Positions 29,108 to 39,216 of a stretch of 64,000 nt of DNA are shown here, in pieces. Under the pieces are notes generated by a model, which did no database searches, was not told where the DNA came from, and worked only from the letters and a program-made list of their open reading frames with translations. Each line of letters starts with the position of its first letter. Positions within the stretch are counted from its first letter, which is position 1. Location of the stretch: NCBI GenBank assembly GCA_036833615.1, contig DAITPL010000004.1, forward strand, positions 1,825 to 65,824, written 5' to 3'. The translations under genes and the position numbers were made by a program. The DNA comes from Rhodanobacter sp. (GTDB lineage: Bacteria > Pseudomonadota > Gammaproteobacteria > Xanthomonadales > Rhodanobacteraceae).

Positions 29108-30343
29108 ATGTTCTTCGACACCACTCAAGCCATTCGCCGCGACGGACCGCGTGGTCGCGTCGATCCGTGGCTGCTGGCGGCGCTGATCGGCCTGGCCAGC
29201 GTGGGCGTGGTGATGGTCACTTCCAGTTCCATTGCGGTGGCTGACAGCCAGCACATGGGGGCATTTTATTTCCTCAAGCGCCACCTGGTGTTCCTGCTGC
29301 TCGGGATTGCGGGTGCCGTGCTGGTGCTGCGCGCCGAGTTGAAACTGTTCGAGAAGCACGCGTTGGCGTTGTTGCTGTTGGGGCTGGTGTTGTTGCTGGC
29401 GGTGTTTGTGCCGCATCTGGGTTTGCGCATCAACGGCGCGCGACGCTGGCTCAACCTGCTGGTTACCACGTTCCAGCCGGTGGAGGCGGTGAAGCTGATC
29501 GTGGTGGTGTACGTCGCCAGCTACATGGTGCGGCACCGCGAGAGCGTGGAGACCAGGTTCTGGGGCTTGTTCAAGCCGTTGCTGGTAGCGGGCGTCGTCG
29601 TGTTGCTGCTGCTGGCGCAACCGGATTTCGGCTCGGCCACGTTGATCATCGCGGTCACCATCGCCATGGTCTGGCTCGGTGGAGCGCGGCCGGTGTTCCT
29701 GGTCGGCATGGGTCTGCCGCTGATGCCGCTGCTGTACATCGCCGCCACTGGCGAGAGTTATCGCCTGAAGCGCCTGACCTCGTTCATGGACCCGTGGAAG
29801 GATCCCTTCAATGACGGTTTCCAGCTGACGCAATCATTGATGGCGATCGGTCGGGGGCAATGGGACGGTGTCGGTCTCGGCTCCAGCGTGCTCAAGTTGT
29901 CGTATCTGCCCGAGGCGCACACCGACTTCATCTTTGCGGTCATCGGCGAGGAACTCGGCCTGGCTGGCGTCACGCTGGTGATGGGCCTGTTTGCGCTGGT
30001 GGTCTGGCGCGGGTTGCTCATGGGTTTGCGCGGGATCGAGGTCAACCGCACGTTTGCCGGGTATGTCGCCTTCGGCATCTCGTTGATGCTGGCGATGCAG
30101 GCGATCGTGTCCGTCGGGGTGAATCTCGGGGCGCTGCCGACCAAGGGCCTGACCCTGCCGTTGATCAGTTATGGCGGTTCGTCCATGGTGCTGACCTGCG
30201 TGATGGCTGGCGTGCTGTTGCGCGCCACGTTCGAAATCAATCGCGCGCTCGACACCCGTGCGGCGCGCGAACAGCTGCCGGCCGCAGTCGCGGCGGTCGA
30301 CGTCAGCGCCAGCGCGCCGGTGCGCGAAGCGGTGAGCGCATGA
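29108..30343 (+). CDS. ftsW: SEDS peptidoglycan glycosyltransferase FtsW
   Basis: INGARRWL, QPDFGS, YLPEAHTDFIFAVIGEELG, PTKGLTLPLISYGGSS. Confidence 0.96.
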   Translation: MFFDTTQAIRRDGPRGRVDPWLLAALIGLASVGVVMVTSSSIAVADSQHMGAFYFLKRHLVFLLLGIAGAVLVLRAELKLFEKHALALLLLGLVLLLAVFVPHLGLRINGARRWLNLLVTTFQPVEAVKLIVVVYVASYMVRHRESVETRFWGLFKPLLVAGVVVLLLLAQPDFGSATLIIAVTIAMVWLGGARPVFLVGMGLPLMPLLYIAATGESYRLKRLTSFMDPWKDPFNDGFQLTQSLMAIGRGQWDGVGLGSSVLKLSYLPEAHTDFIFAVIGEELGLAGVTLVMGLFALVVWRGLLMGLRGIEVNRTFAGYVAFGISLMLAMQAIVSVGVNLGALPTKGLTLPLISYGGSSMVLTCVMAGVLLRATFEINRALDTRAAREQLPAAVAAVDVSASAPVREAVSA

Positions 30344-31428
30344 ACGCGCCCGCACCCGTGCTGATCATGGCCGGCGGTACCGGCGGGCACATTTTCCCCG
30401 GGCTGGCGGTGGCCGAATGCCTGCGCGCGCAAGGGGTACCGGTGGTGTGGCTGGGAGCGCGCGGCGGGATGGAAACACGGGTGGTGCCGGAACACCAGAT
30501 TCCATTGCAGACCATTGCCGTCGGTGGCCTGCGCGGCAAGAGCTGGGGCACGCGGTTGCTGGCACCGCTGATGTTGTTGCGCGCGTTGCTGGCCGCGTTG
30601 CACGTGGTGCGTGCGTGCAAGCCGCGCAGCGTGTTGTCGATGGGCGGTTATGTCGCCGGGCCCGGCGGGCTGGCGGCGTGGTTGCTGGGCAAACCACTGT
30701 TGGTGCACGAGCAGAACCGTGTGGCCGGCTTCACCAACCGGGTGCTTGCCCAGCGGGCGCGCCGGGTGCTGGCGGGGTTTGCCGACGTACTGCCGCGCGC
30801 GCAATGGGTGGGCAATCCGGTGCGCGCGTCAATTGCCCAGGTGGCCGGGCCGGCGCAGCGCCTTGCCACGCGCAGCGGACGCCCGCGGCTGTTGGTACTT
30901 GGCGGCAGTCTCGGTGCACGCACGTTGAATCTGGCGCTGCCCCGCGCACTGGCGGCGATGCCGGTGGCGCAGCGTCCGGACGTGGTGCATCAGTGCGGTC
31001 GGCGCGGATTGGACGAGACGCGTGCGGCGTACGCCGCCGCCGGGGTCGAGGCACAGATCGTGGCCTTCATCGACGACATGGCCACGCGTTATGCCTGGGC
31101 GGATCTCGCCGTGTGTCGCGCCGGTGCCTTGACCCTGGCCGAGCTGACGGCGGTCGGCCTCGGTGCGCTGCTGGTGCCGTTTCCGCATGCGGTGGACGAC
31201 CACCAGACGCGCAACGCGCAGGTGTTGGTGACCGCTGGCGCTGCGCAGTTGCTGAGTGAACACCCTGATGAGGAATTTCCGCTGGACGTGAAGATGTTGA
31301 CCGAGCGCCTGGAGTCGCTGCTTGACAGCCGCTCGCAATTGCTGGCCATGGCGCAGGCAGCGCGCGCGTTGGCCAAGCCCGATGCCGCGCAGACCATCGC
31401 CCGCGCCTGCCTGGAGGTGAGCGCATGA
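30340..31428 (+). CDS. murG: Lipid I GlcNAc transferase MurG
   Basis: MAGGTGGHIFP, HEQN, GNPVR, GGSLGA, CRAGALT, DDHQTRNA. Confidence 0.97.
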   Translation: MNAPAPVLIMAGGTGGHIFPGLAVAECLRAQGVPVVWLGARGGMETRVVPEHQIPLQTIAVGGLRGKSWGTRLLAPLMLLRALLAALHVVRACKPRSVLSMGGYVAGPGGLAAWLLGKPLLVHEQNRVAGFTNRVLAQRARRVLAGFADVLPRAQWVGNPVRASIAQVAGPAQRLATRSGRPRLLVLGGSLGARTLNLALPRALAAMPVAQRPDVVHQCGRRGLDETRAAYAAAGVEAQIVAFIDDMATRYAWADLAVCRAGALTLAELTAVGLGALLVPFPHAVDDHQTRNAQVLVTAGAAQLLSEHPDEEFPLDVKMLTERLESLLDSRSQLLAMAQAARALAKPDAAQTIARACLEVSA

Positions 31429-32870
31429 GCCCGCGTCGCCTGCTCGCCCACGAAGACCTGATGAACACGTTCCGCCGGGTGCACTTCATCGGCATTGGCG
31501 GGGTCGGCATGAGCGGCATCGCCGAGGTGTTGCACAACCTGGGCTACGCCGTGTCCGGCTCGGATCGTGCGAATTCGCCGAACGTGCAGCATCTGCAGCG
31601 GCTGGGCATCAGCGTTCACGTCGGGCACGCGGCCGAGCACGTCGCCGCGGTCGACGTCGTGGTGACGTCCAGCGCGATCAAGCCGGACAACCCGGAGCTG
31701 CTGGCCGCGCGTGAAGCGCGCATCCCGGTGATCGCGCGCGCGGAAATGCTTGGCGAGCTGATGCGCTTCCGTCGCGGCGTGGCGATTGCCGGCACCCACG
31801 GCAAGACCACGACCACCAGCCTCACCGCCAGCGTGCTGGCCGAAGCCGGCTTCGACCCCACGTTCGTGATCGGGGGCCAGCTCAATGCCGCCGGTGCCAA
31901 CGCCCGGCTGGGCGGCGGCCAGTACCTGGTGGCCGAAGCCGATGAATCCGACGGCTCGTTCCTGCTGCTGTCGCCGGTGATCGCGGCCATTACCAATATT
32001 GACGCGGATCACCTGGAAAACTACGGCGGCGATTTTGCCCGGGTGAAGACGGCGTTTGCCGACTTCCTGCATCGCCTGCCGTTCTACGGGCTGGCGGTGT
32101 TGTGCGCGGACGATGCGGAAGTGGCCGCGCTGGCGAAGACCGTCGCGCGCCGCGTGATGACTTACGGCATCGCCACCACCGATGCCGACGTGCGCGCGTT
32201 GCACGTGACCCAACACGGGTTCGAGATGCATTTCGACTTGGTGCTACCCGGGCGCGACGAGCTGCTGCCGGTGCGGCTCAATCTGCCCGGTCGACACAAC
32301 GTGCTGAATGCGCTGGCGGCCGCGGCCATCGGCTGGCAGCTCGGCATCGAGGCCGAGACCATTGCCCGCGCGTTGCAGTCGTTCCAGGGCGTGGGTCGGC
32401 GCTTCCATCGCCGCGGCGAGATTGCCATCGACCATGGCAGCGTCCTGCTGGTGGATGACTACGGCCATCACCCGCGCGAACTCGCCGCCGTCTTTGCGGC
32501 AGCACGCGGGGGCTGGCCGCAGCGCCGGCTGGTCGTCGCGTTCCAGCCGCACCGCTACACCCGCACGCGCGATCTGCTGGACGACTTCGCGAATGTGCTG
32601 GCAGAGGTTGATGTGCTGGTGTTGACCGATGTGTATCCAGCCGGTGAGGCGCCGATCCCGGGCGCTGATGGACACGCCCTGGCCCGGGCGATCCGCGGTC
32701 GACACAAGGTGGATCCGGTGTTGATCGAGCACCCGCGCGAATTGCGCGCCACGTTGCCGGCATTGCTGCGTGACGGTGATCTGTTGCTGCTGCTGGGCGC
32801 TGGCGACATTGGCGCGGCCGCGGTGGAGATTGCCCAGGCCGGACAACTGCATACCGAAGGGGGCGAGTGA
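31425..32870 (+). CDS. murC: UDP-MurNAc-L-alanine ligase
   Basis: [48 protein letters not shown]. Confidence 0.97.
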   Translation: MSPRRLLAHEDLMNTFRRVHFIGIGGVGMSGIAEVLHNLGYAVSGSDRANSPNVQHLQRLGISVHVGHAAEHVAAVDVVVTSSAIKPDNPELLAAREARIPVIARAEMLGELMRFRRGVAIAGTHGKTTTTSLTASVLAEAGFDPTFVIGGQLNAAGANARLGGGQYLVAEADESDGSFLLLSPVIAAITNIDADHLENYGGDFARVKTAFADFLHRLPFYGLAVLCADDAEVAALAKTVARRVMTYGIATTDADVRALHVTQHGFEMHFDLVLPGRDELLPVRLNLPGRHNVLNALAAAAIGWQLGIEAETIARALQSFQGVGRRFHRRGEIAIDHGSVLLVDDYGHHPRELAAVFAAARGGWPQRRLVVAFQPHRYTRTRDLLDDFANVLAEVDVLVLTDVYPAGEAPIPGADGHALARAIRGRHKVDPVLIEHPRELRATLPALLRDGDLLLLLGAGDIGAAAVEIAQAGQLHTEGGE

Positions 32871-33901
32871 TGGCGATGCAACCGATGACCCATGACCGCC
32901 AGGGCAGCGTACCAGCCTCGCCCCGCATCACCGATCCGGCCCAGTTTGGTCGTGTCGCCGTGGTGCTGGGCGGCACCTCGGCGGAGCGTGAGGTGTCGCT
33001 GAATTCCGGGCACAACGTGCTGGTTGCCTTGCAGGCCCGCGGCATCGATGCGCACGCGGTCGATGGCATTCCGGCGCTGCTCGAGGCATTGCGCGGGGGG
33101 CACTTTGCGCGCGTGTTCAACATCCTGCATGGCCAGCGTGGCGGTGGCGAGGATGGCGTGCTGCAGGGCGCGCTGGAAGCGCTCGGCGTGCCGTATACCG
33201 GCTCCGGCGTGCTCGGCTCGGCATTGTCGATGGACAAGCCGCGATCCAAACGCGTGTGGCAGTCGCTGGGCTTGCCGACGCCGGAATTCGTGGCCCTGCC
33301 GCGCGGTGCCGATGTGCATGCGGCGGCTGCGCAAATTGGTTTCCCACTGATCGTCAAGCCGGCTTGCGAAGGTTCCAGTGTTGGCGTGACGCGCGTGTTT
33401 GCCGCATCACAGCTGGATCAGGCGGTGGCGCTTGCCTCGCACTATCCCGGCGACTTGTTGATGGAGCGGCTGATCGAGGGTGCCGAGTTGACGGTGGCCG
33501 TCCTCGGCCGCCAGGTGTTGCCGAGTATCCACATCGTGCCGAAGGCCGCGTTCTACGACTACAACGCGAAGTATGTCGCCGAAGACACGCAGTATTTGTG
33601 TCCGGGGCTGGCTGGGGCAGACGAACAGGCGTTGCGTACGCTCGCGCTGGCGGCGTTTGACGCGCTTGGCTGCACTGGCTGGGGTCGGGTCGACGTGATG
33701 CGCGATCACGCCGGCAACAACTGGCTGCTGGAGGTGAATACGGCGCCGGGCATGACCTCGCATTCGCTGGTGCCGAAGGCGGCCGGCGTGGCCGGCATCG
33801 ATTATCAGGAGCTGTGCTGGCGGGTGCTGGAGAGCAGCTTCGATACCCGCACACCGCGGATACCGGGTGCCGCATCCGGGCGGGCGGAGTCCGCGCCGTG
33901 A
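32867..33901 (+). CDS. ddl: D-alanine--D-alanine ligase
   Basis: [46 protein letters not shown]; exact start uncertain (32867, 32870 or later). Confidence 0.95.
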   Translation: MMAMQPMTHDRQGSVPASPRITDPAQFGRVAVVLGGTSAEREVSLNSGHNVLVALQARGIDAHAVDGIPALLEALRGGHFARVFNILHGQRGGGEDGVLQGALEALGVPYTGSGVLGSALSMDKPRSKRVWQSLGLPTPEFVALPRGADVHAAAAQIGFPLIVKPACEGSSVGVTRVFAASQLDQAVALASHYPGDLLMERLIEGAELTVAVLGRQVLPSIHIVPKAAFYDYNAKYVAEDTQYLCPGLAGADEQALRTLALAAFDALGCTGWGRVDVMRDHAGNNWLLEVNTAPGMTSHSLVPKAAGVAGIDYQELCWRVLESSFDTRTPRIPGAASGRAESAP

Positions 33902-34632
33902 CCGGCTATTTCCGCCCCGTTGCGTGGTGTCTGGCGATTGCACTGGTCGTGCTGCCAGTGGTGGGTGTGCTGCGCGGGTGGTTTGCCGCACACAGCTGGC
34001 CGGTGACGCAGTTGACCGTGCAGGCCGACTTCAAGCACGTGGACGCGGCGCAGATCCGCGCGGCCGTCGCGCCACGCCTGGACAAGGGTTTTTTTGCCCT
34101 GGATCTCGACGCCGTGCAGAAGGCCGTTGCGGCGCTGCCATGGGTGGAATCGGTGGAGGCCCGCAAGCGCTGGCCGGACACGCTGGTGTTGCGCATCTAT
34201 GAGCGCCAGCCGTTCGCCCGCTGGAATGAAAAGCGGCTGATCAGTCGTCAGGGCATGGTGTTTACAGCCAGCGAGACGGCCACCGATGCCGCGTTGCCGG
34301 ATCTGCGCGGCCCGGACGCGCGTCTGGCCGAGGTGGTGAGCTTTTATGCCGAGACGCGCAAGGCGTTTGCCCGCACGCATCTGCAAATCAGCGGTGTGGC
34401 TTTGACCGAGCGCGGCAGCTGGAGTGTCAGCACCGCGAACGGTGCGCAGATCGTCATTGGCGATCGCGATCAGGCCGGGCGTCGCTTGCGCCGGTTTCTG
34501 GATGTGTTTCCGCAATTGATGACCGGCCACGATGACGGCTTTGTCTCTGCCGACCTGCGTTACACCAATGGATTTGCCGTGCGCTGGCCGCAAGCGGCGC
34601 CCGCCACCGTGGGAGGTTCGCCCCGCATATGA
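33898..34632 (+). CDS. ftsQ: Cell division protein FtsQ
   Basis: TM helix plus POTRA domain ([15 protein letters not shown]), [15 protein letters not shown] overlapping the ddl stop. Confidence 0.93.
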   Translation: MTGYFRPVAWCLAIALVVLPVVGVLRGWFAAHSWPVTQLTVQADFKHVDAAQIRAAVAPRLDKGFFALDLDAVQKAVAALPWVESVEARKRWPDTLVLRIYERQPFARWNEKRLISRQGMVFTASETATDAALPDLRGPDARLAEVVSFYAETRKAFARTHLQISGVALTERGSWSVSTANGAQIVIGDRDQAGRRLRRFLDVFPQLMTGHDDGFVSADLRYTNGFAVRWPQAAPATVGGSPRI

Positions 34633-35861
34633 AAACGCGCAACGACAAGCAACTCATCGTCGGGCTGGATATTGGCACCTCCAAAGTGGTGGCTATCGTC
34701 GGTGAGTACGAGCTCGATCAACCGATCACCATCATCGGCATCGGCACCCACGTTTCGCGCGGCATGAAGCGTGGCTCGGTCGTGGATATCGAGTCGACCG
34801 TGCACTCGATCCAGCACGCGGTGGAAGAGGCCGAGCTGATGGCCGGCTGCGATATCCGCTCGGTATTCGCGTCCATCTCCGGTAGTCACCTGGAAACGCG
34901 CAATTCACACGGCAGCGCTGCGATCCGCGAGCGTGAGGTCACCGCGGGTGATCTCGATCAGGTACTGGAAGCGGCCAGCGCGGTCGCCATCCCGGCCGAT
35001 CGCAAGGTGCTCTACAAGGAATCGCAGGAATACCGCATCGACGGTCAGGACGGCATTCGCAATCCGGTGGGCATGAGTGGCGTGCGCCTGGAGGCCAGCG
35101 TGCATCTGGTCACCGGCGCAGCGGCCGCCGTGCAGAACATCACCAAATGCATCCAGCGCTGCGGCTTGACGGTCGACGGGCTGGTGCCTTCGGCGTTGGC
35201 CAGTGCCAGGGCCGTGTTGACGGACGACGAGCGTGAGCTGGGTGTGTGTCTGGTCGACATTGGCGCCGGTACCACCGACGTCGCCATCTACACGCAGGGC
35301 GCCATCCGCTTTACCGCGTCGTTGCCGGTCGGCGGCGATCAGGTGACCAATGACATCGCTTATGGCGTGCATACGCCAACCGCGCATGCCGAGGAAATCA
35401 AGATCAAGTACGCGTGTGCGCAGACCGGGTTGGCGCACGCCGAGGAAACCATCCAGGTGCCGAGCGTCGGCGATCGTCCGCCACGCCGGCTGGCCCGCCA
35501 GTCGCTGGCGCAGAGCGTGCAGGCGCGCTACGAGGAAATCTTCGAGATGGTGCAGGACCAGTTGCGCCGCTCCGGCTATGAAAGCCTGGTGGCGGCGGGC
35601 GTCGTGCTCACAGGCGGTGCGTCCCGGATGGAGGGCGCATTGGAACTGGCCGAGGAAATCTTCCACAAGATGGTGCGCATCGGCGTGCCGCAGCAAATCG
35701 AGGGCCTGGGTGACGTCGTGGTCAGTCCGCTGCACGCCACTGGCGTCGGCTTGCTGCTGCACGGCGTGCGCGCTGGCGGCATGCGGCCAGGCCGTACCGC
35801 CGGCGGTGGCACCAGTGGTCTGGTTGACAAGTTGCGCGGTTGGCTCAGTCGCAATTTTTGA
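34629..35861 (+). CDS. ftsA: Cell division protein FtsA
   Basis: VGLDIGTSKV, VDIGAGTTD, GVVLTGGAS, C-terminal amphipathic KLRGWLSRNF. Confidence 0.97.
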   Translation: MKTRNDKQLIVGLDIGTSKVVAIVGEYELDQPITIIGIGTHVSRGMKRGSVVDIESTVHSIQHAVEEAELMAGCDIRSVFASISGSHLETRNSHGSAAIREREVTAGDLDQVLEAASAVAIPADRKVLYKESQEYRIDGQDGIRNPVGMSGVRLEASVHLVTGAAAAVQNITKCIQRCGLTVDGLVPSALASARAVLTDDERELGVCLVDIGAGTTDVAIYTQGAIRFTASLPVGGDQVTNDIAYGVHTPTAHAEEIKIKYACAQTGLAHAEETIQVPSVGDRPPRRLARQSLAQSVQARYEEIFEMVQDQLRRSGYESLVAAGVVLTGGASRMEGALELAEEIFHKMVRIGVPQQIEGLGDVVVSPLHATGVGLLLHGVRAGGMRPGRTAGGGTSGLVDKLRGWLSRNF

Positions 35862-35979
35862 ACGTAGAGGTTTTGCAGGTGACACAGGACGTGTCACTCG
35901 GGCACTCAGGGAAATAGCCCAACACTCGTGATCGACCCACGTCGGCGCGGGGTACAACGACAACAACGGAGGACGGGAA

Positions 35980-37167
35980 ATGTTTGAATTGATCGAGAAG
36001 CTCACACCCAATGCGGTTATCAAGGTGATCGGTGTTGGTGGCGGCGGCGGTAATGCCGTTGCGCACATGCTCAACTCCAACATCGAAGGCGTCGAGTTCG
36101 TGGTCGCCAATACCGATGCGCAGGCCATGACCACCTGCGGCTCGCGCATGCATCTGCAGCTCGGCGGCAACGTGACCAAGGGCCTCGGCGCTGGTGCCAA
36201 CCCCGAAGTCGGTCGTCAGGCCGCGCTGGAGGATCGCGAACGTATCGAGGCCATGCTGGAAGGTGCGGACATGGTGTTCATCACCGCCGGCATGGGTGGT
36301 GGCACCGGTACCGGTGCGGCACCGGTGGTGGCGCAGCTGGCGAAGGAAAAGGGCATCCTGACGGTGGCGGTGGTGACCAAGCCGTTCCCGTTCGAGGGCC
36401 GTCGGCGCATGCAGGTCGCGTTGAAGGGTATCGAGGACTTGTCCCAGCACGTCGACTCACTGATCACGGTGCCCAACGAGAAGCTGCTCAGCGTGCTGGG
36501 CCGTGATGTGACCTTGTTGAATGCGTTCAAGGCCGCGAACGATGTATTGCAAGGTGCCGTGCAGGGCATTGCCGATCTGATCACCGCCCCGGGCCTGATC
36601 AACGTCGACTTTGCCGACGTGCGTACCGTCATGTCCGAGATGGGTCTGGCGATGATGGGTTCGGGCACCGCGCGTGGCGATGACCGCGCACAGGCGGCAG
36701 CCGAGGCGGCGATCAAGAACCCGTTGCTGGAGGACGTCAACCTCAACGGCGCCTGCGGCATCCTGGTCAACGTGACGGCTGGTCCAAACCTGACCATGCG
36801 CGAATTCGACGAGATTGGTCGCATCATCCACGACTTCGCCAGTGAAGACGCGACGGTGGTCATCGGCACCTCGCTGGATACGGAGATGAAGGATGACGTG
36901 CGGGTCACCGTGGTTGCCACCGGGTTGAACCGGGCCAATGCATCGCGCGCGCAGCCGGCGATTCACATGGTCGAGCCGCCGGCCCTGACCCGCCCACGTC
37001 CGGTCGTGCTGCGTACCGGTACGGGCAATGAAGTGGTTGACTATGCGCAGCGCGACAGCGTCGTCAATGCCGGACACCGCGCCGAGCCCGCTGTGGCCGC
37101 GGGCAAGAGTGAACCCAGCTTTGACTATCTGGACATTCCGGCGTTTCTGCGCCGTCAGGCGGATTGA
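35980..37167 (+). CDS. ftsZ: Cell division protein FtsZ
   Basis: GVGGGGGNAV, GMGGGTGTG, INVDFADV, C-terminal YLDIPAFLRRQAD. Confidence 0.99.
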   Translation: MFELIEKLTPNAVIKVIGVGGGGGNAVAHMLNSNIEGVEFVVANTDAQAMTTCGSRMHLQLGGNVTKGLGAGANPEVGRQAALEDRERIEAMLEGADMVFITAGMGGGTGTGAAPVVAQLAKEKGILTVAVVTKPFPFEGRRRMQVALKGIEDLSQHVDSLITVPNEKLLSVLGRDVTLLNAFKAANDVLQGAVQGIADLITAPGLINVDFADVRTVMSEMGLAMMGSGTARGDDRAQAAAEAAIKNPLLEDVNLNGACGILVNVTAGPNLTMREFDEIGRIIHDFASEDATVVIGTSLDTEMKDDVRVTVVATGLNRANASRAQPAIHMVEPPALTRPRPVVLRTGTGNEVVDYAQRDSVVNAGHRAEPAVAAGKSEPSFDYLDIPAFLRRQAD

Positions 37168-37508
37168 ATGGGTGGCGTGAAGGGAGCGCGAAGATGTGAA
37201 CCCGCACCAAAGGTAGCGACTGCTCTGTAGCGCTGCCCGGAAGTGCTTGTCTGGTGGTGGCAGGCAAGCAACAGCGTGCGTGTGCTCGAGCACATACGTG
37301 AATGTCATCGTCTCTGCAAGATGATGTCCGGGCTGGTGCCGCTTGGTGCTCCGCAGGGCAGGCACACCAACCCACGTCGGGGTTCCCGTCCACGATGTGG
37401 GGTGGTGGCATCCATGCTTTGCAGGGTGTTTGCATCGGCATCGAGCGGATTGCTCGCCAACGTGAAGCGCACATGAAGCTTAAGCAGACTGTACGGTGTG
37501 GTTTGCTA

Positions 37509-37536
37509 TTGTCATAGGTTAAAACTGTGTTAGTAT
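37509..37536 (+). promoter_or_regulatory. Candidate sigma70 promoter for lpxC
   Basis: TTGTCA 37509-37514, 16-bp spacer, extended -10 TGtTAGTAT in an AT-rich patch. Confidence 0.55.
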
Positions 37537-37576
37537 CCGCCTCTAATCGGTGCTGCCACCACGAGTACAACCACCA

Positions 37577-38491
37577 ATGATCAAGCAGCGGACACTCAGA
37601 AATGTCATTCGGGCCACTGGCGTCGGGTTGCACACCGGCGACAAGGTGTACATGACGCTGCGCCCGGCCGCGCCCAATACCGGTATTGTATTTCGCCGCA
37701 CGGATCTCGATCCGCCGGTGGATATCCGCGCACGTCAGGACAACGTGGGAGACACCCGTTTGTCCACCACATTGGTCAACGGTGACGCGCGCGTGTCCAC
37801 GGTCGAGCATCTGCTTTCGGCCATGGCGGGCCTGGGCATCGACAATGCCTACGTGGACTTGTCCGCGCCGGAAGTGCCGATCATGGATGGCAGCGCGGGT
37901 CCGTTTGTGTTCCTGCTGCAGTCGGCCGGCATTGAAGAACAAAACGCCGCCAAGCGTTTCATCCGCATCAAGAAGCCGGTGAAAGTGCAGGACGGCGACA
38001 AATGGGCCAGCTTCGACCCGTTCGAGGGCTTCAAGGTCGGCTTTTCCATCGACTTCAATCACCCCATCATTTCCAAGCGCACCTCGCGTGCCGAGATTGA
38101 TTTTTCCACGACGTCCTACGTCAAGGAAGTCAGTCGCGCCCGCACGTTTGGCTTCATGCGCGACATCGAGGTGTTGCGTGAGCACAATCTGGCGCTGGGC
38201 GGCTCGATGGACAACGCCGTGGTGCTGGACGACTACCGTGTATTGAACGAAGACGGCTTGCGCTACGAAGACGAGTTCGTCAAACACAAGATCCTTGATG
38301 CAATTGGCGACCTGTACCTGCTCGGGCACAGCTTGATCGGCGCCTACCATGCGCACAAATCCGGCCATGAGCTCAACAACAAGTTGTTGCGCGTGCTGGT
38401 TGCCGACGCTTCGGCGTGGGAGGAAGTCAGCTATCAGGAGGATCTGGCGTTCTCGCCGATCTCCTACGCGCATCCGGCACAGGCCATCTGA
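37577..38491 (+). CDS. lpxC: UDP-3-O-acyl-GlcNAc deacetylase
   Basis: [47 protein letters not shown]. Confidence 0.98.
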   Translation: MIKQRTLRNVIRATGVGLHTGDKVYMTLRPAAPNTGIVFRRTDLDPPVDIRARQDNVGDTRLSTTLVNGDARVSTVEHLLSAMAGLGIDNAYVDLSAPEVPIMDGSAGPFVFLLQSAGIEEQNAAKRFIRIKKPVKVQDGDKWASFDPFEGFKVGFSIDFNHPIISKRTSRAEIDFSTTSYVKEVSRARTFGFMRDIEVLREHNLALGGSMDNAVVLDDYRVLNEDGLRYEDEFVKHKILDAIGDLYLLGHSLIGAYHAHKSGHELNNKLLRVLVADASAWEEVSYQEDLAFSPISYAHPAQAI

Positions 38492-38519
38492 CCGACGCGC
38501 CAGGCAACGGTGATCCATG

Positions 38520-38550
38520 AAAAAGGCCATGCCCCGGCATGGCCTTTTTT
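38520..38550. terminator. Bidirectional intrinsic terminator (lpxC and dciA convergent)
   Basis: AAAAAGGCCATGC-CCCG-GCATGGCCTTTTTT. Confidence 0.9.
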
Positions 38551-38705
38551 GTTGTGTGAACTCCATCACTGGTCCGGATTTTGCCCTTCACGCGACATGC
38601 ACGCCGGGTGGTATCCGGGCGCTCGTGCATGCTATAAACCCATGCCGGCGGATGACGGAAGGTTGACTTCCGGTTGTCGTATCCGTTCGCATGCGTGCAT
38701 GCAGT

Positions 38706-39191
38706 CTACTGTTGCGCGCCGCCCGACGAGGGTGCAGGGGTTTCGGTAGCGGATGCCAAAGCAAGAAACAGGGCTCTCAGTTCGGGGTCCGGGAATGACG
38801 CCGCAGCAGCCCGTAGATGGGAGGCCGTGGCGGGGGAAAGCGGTTTCAACCGGGCTGGCTGCGATGTGGCGAGGTCGGGGGTAACCACTTTGACCTTTAT
38901 TGCACTGGCACACGCGCCGATCGCGCGTGCGGAGGCAAGGATTTGCGTCTGCAGCAAGCGCAGACGCGACGCCCACGCCGGTGAAGAGGCAAGGAAGACG
39001 AGGCGGTCGTGGCGCAGATCGGCGAATCGTACCTGTTCGCGCAACGGCAGGGGCAATGTTTGGCGTAGCGCGCGGTCCAAAGCTTCCAGGGTGCCGGCTG
39101 TTTTGGCCAGGGTCGCGAAGGAGTCGCAGTCGGCAAGGGGTTTTGGCCCATGGAGTTTGCGCCGAGAGGTGGCTGACGCTGTGGGTTGCAT
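38706..39191 (-). CDS. dciA: DciA/DUF721 family protein
   Basis: LDRALRQTLP..LREQVRFADLR..RLVFLASSPAWASRLRL; usual position between lpxC and M23/secA; start inferred. Confidence 0.75.
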   Translation of the reverse strand: MQPTASATSRRKLHGPKPLADCDSFATLAKTAGTLEALDRALRQTLPLPLREQVRFADLRHDRLVFLASSPAWASRLRLLQTQILASARAIGACASAIKVKVVTPDLATSQPARLKPLSPATASHLRAAAASFPDPELRALFLALASATETPAPSSGGAQQ

Positions 39192-39216
39192 GCTGCCAAC
39201 ATCAATGCGGGGTGTT

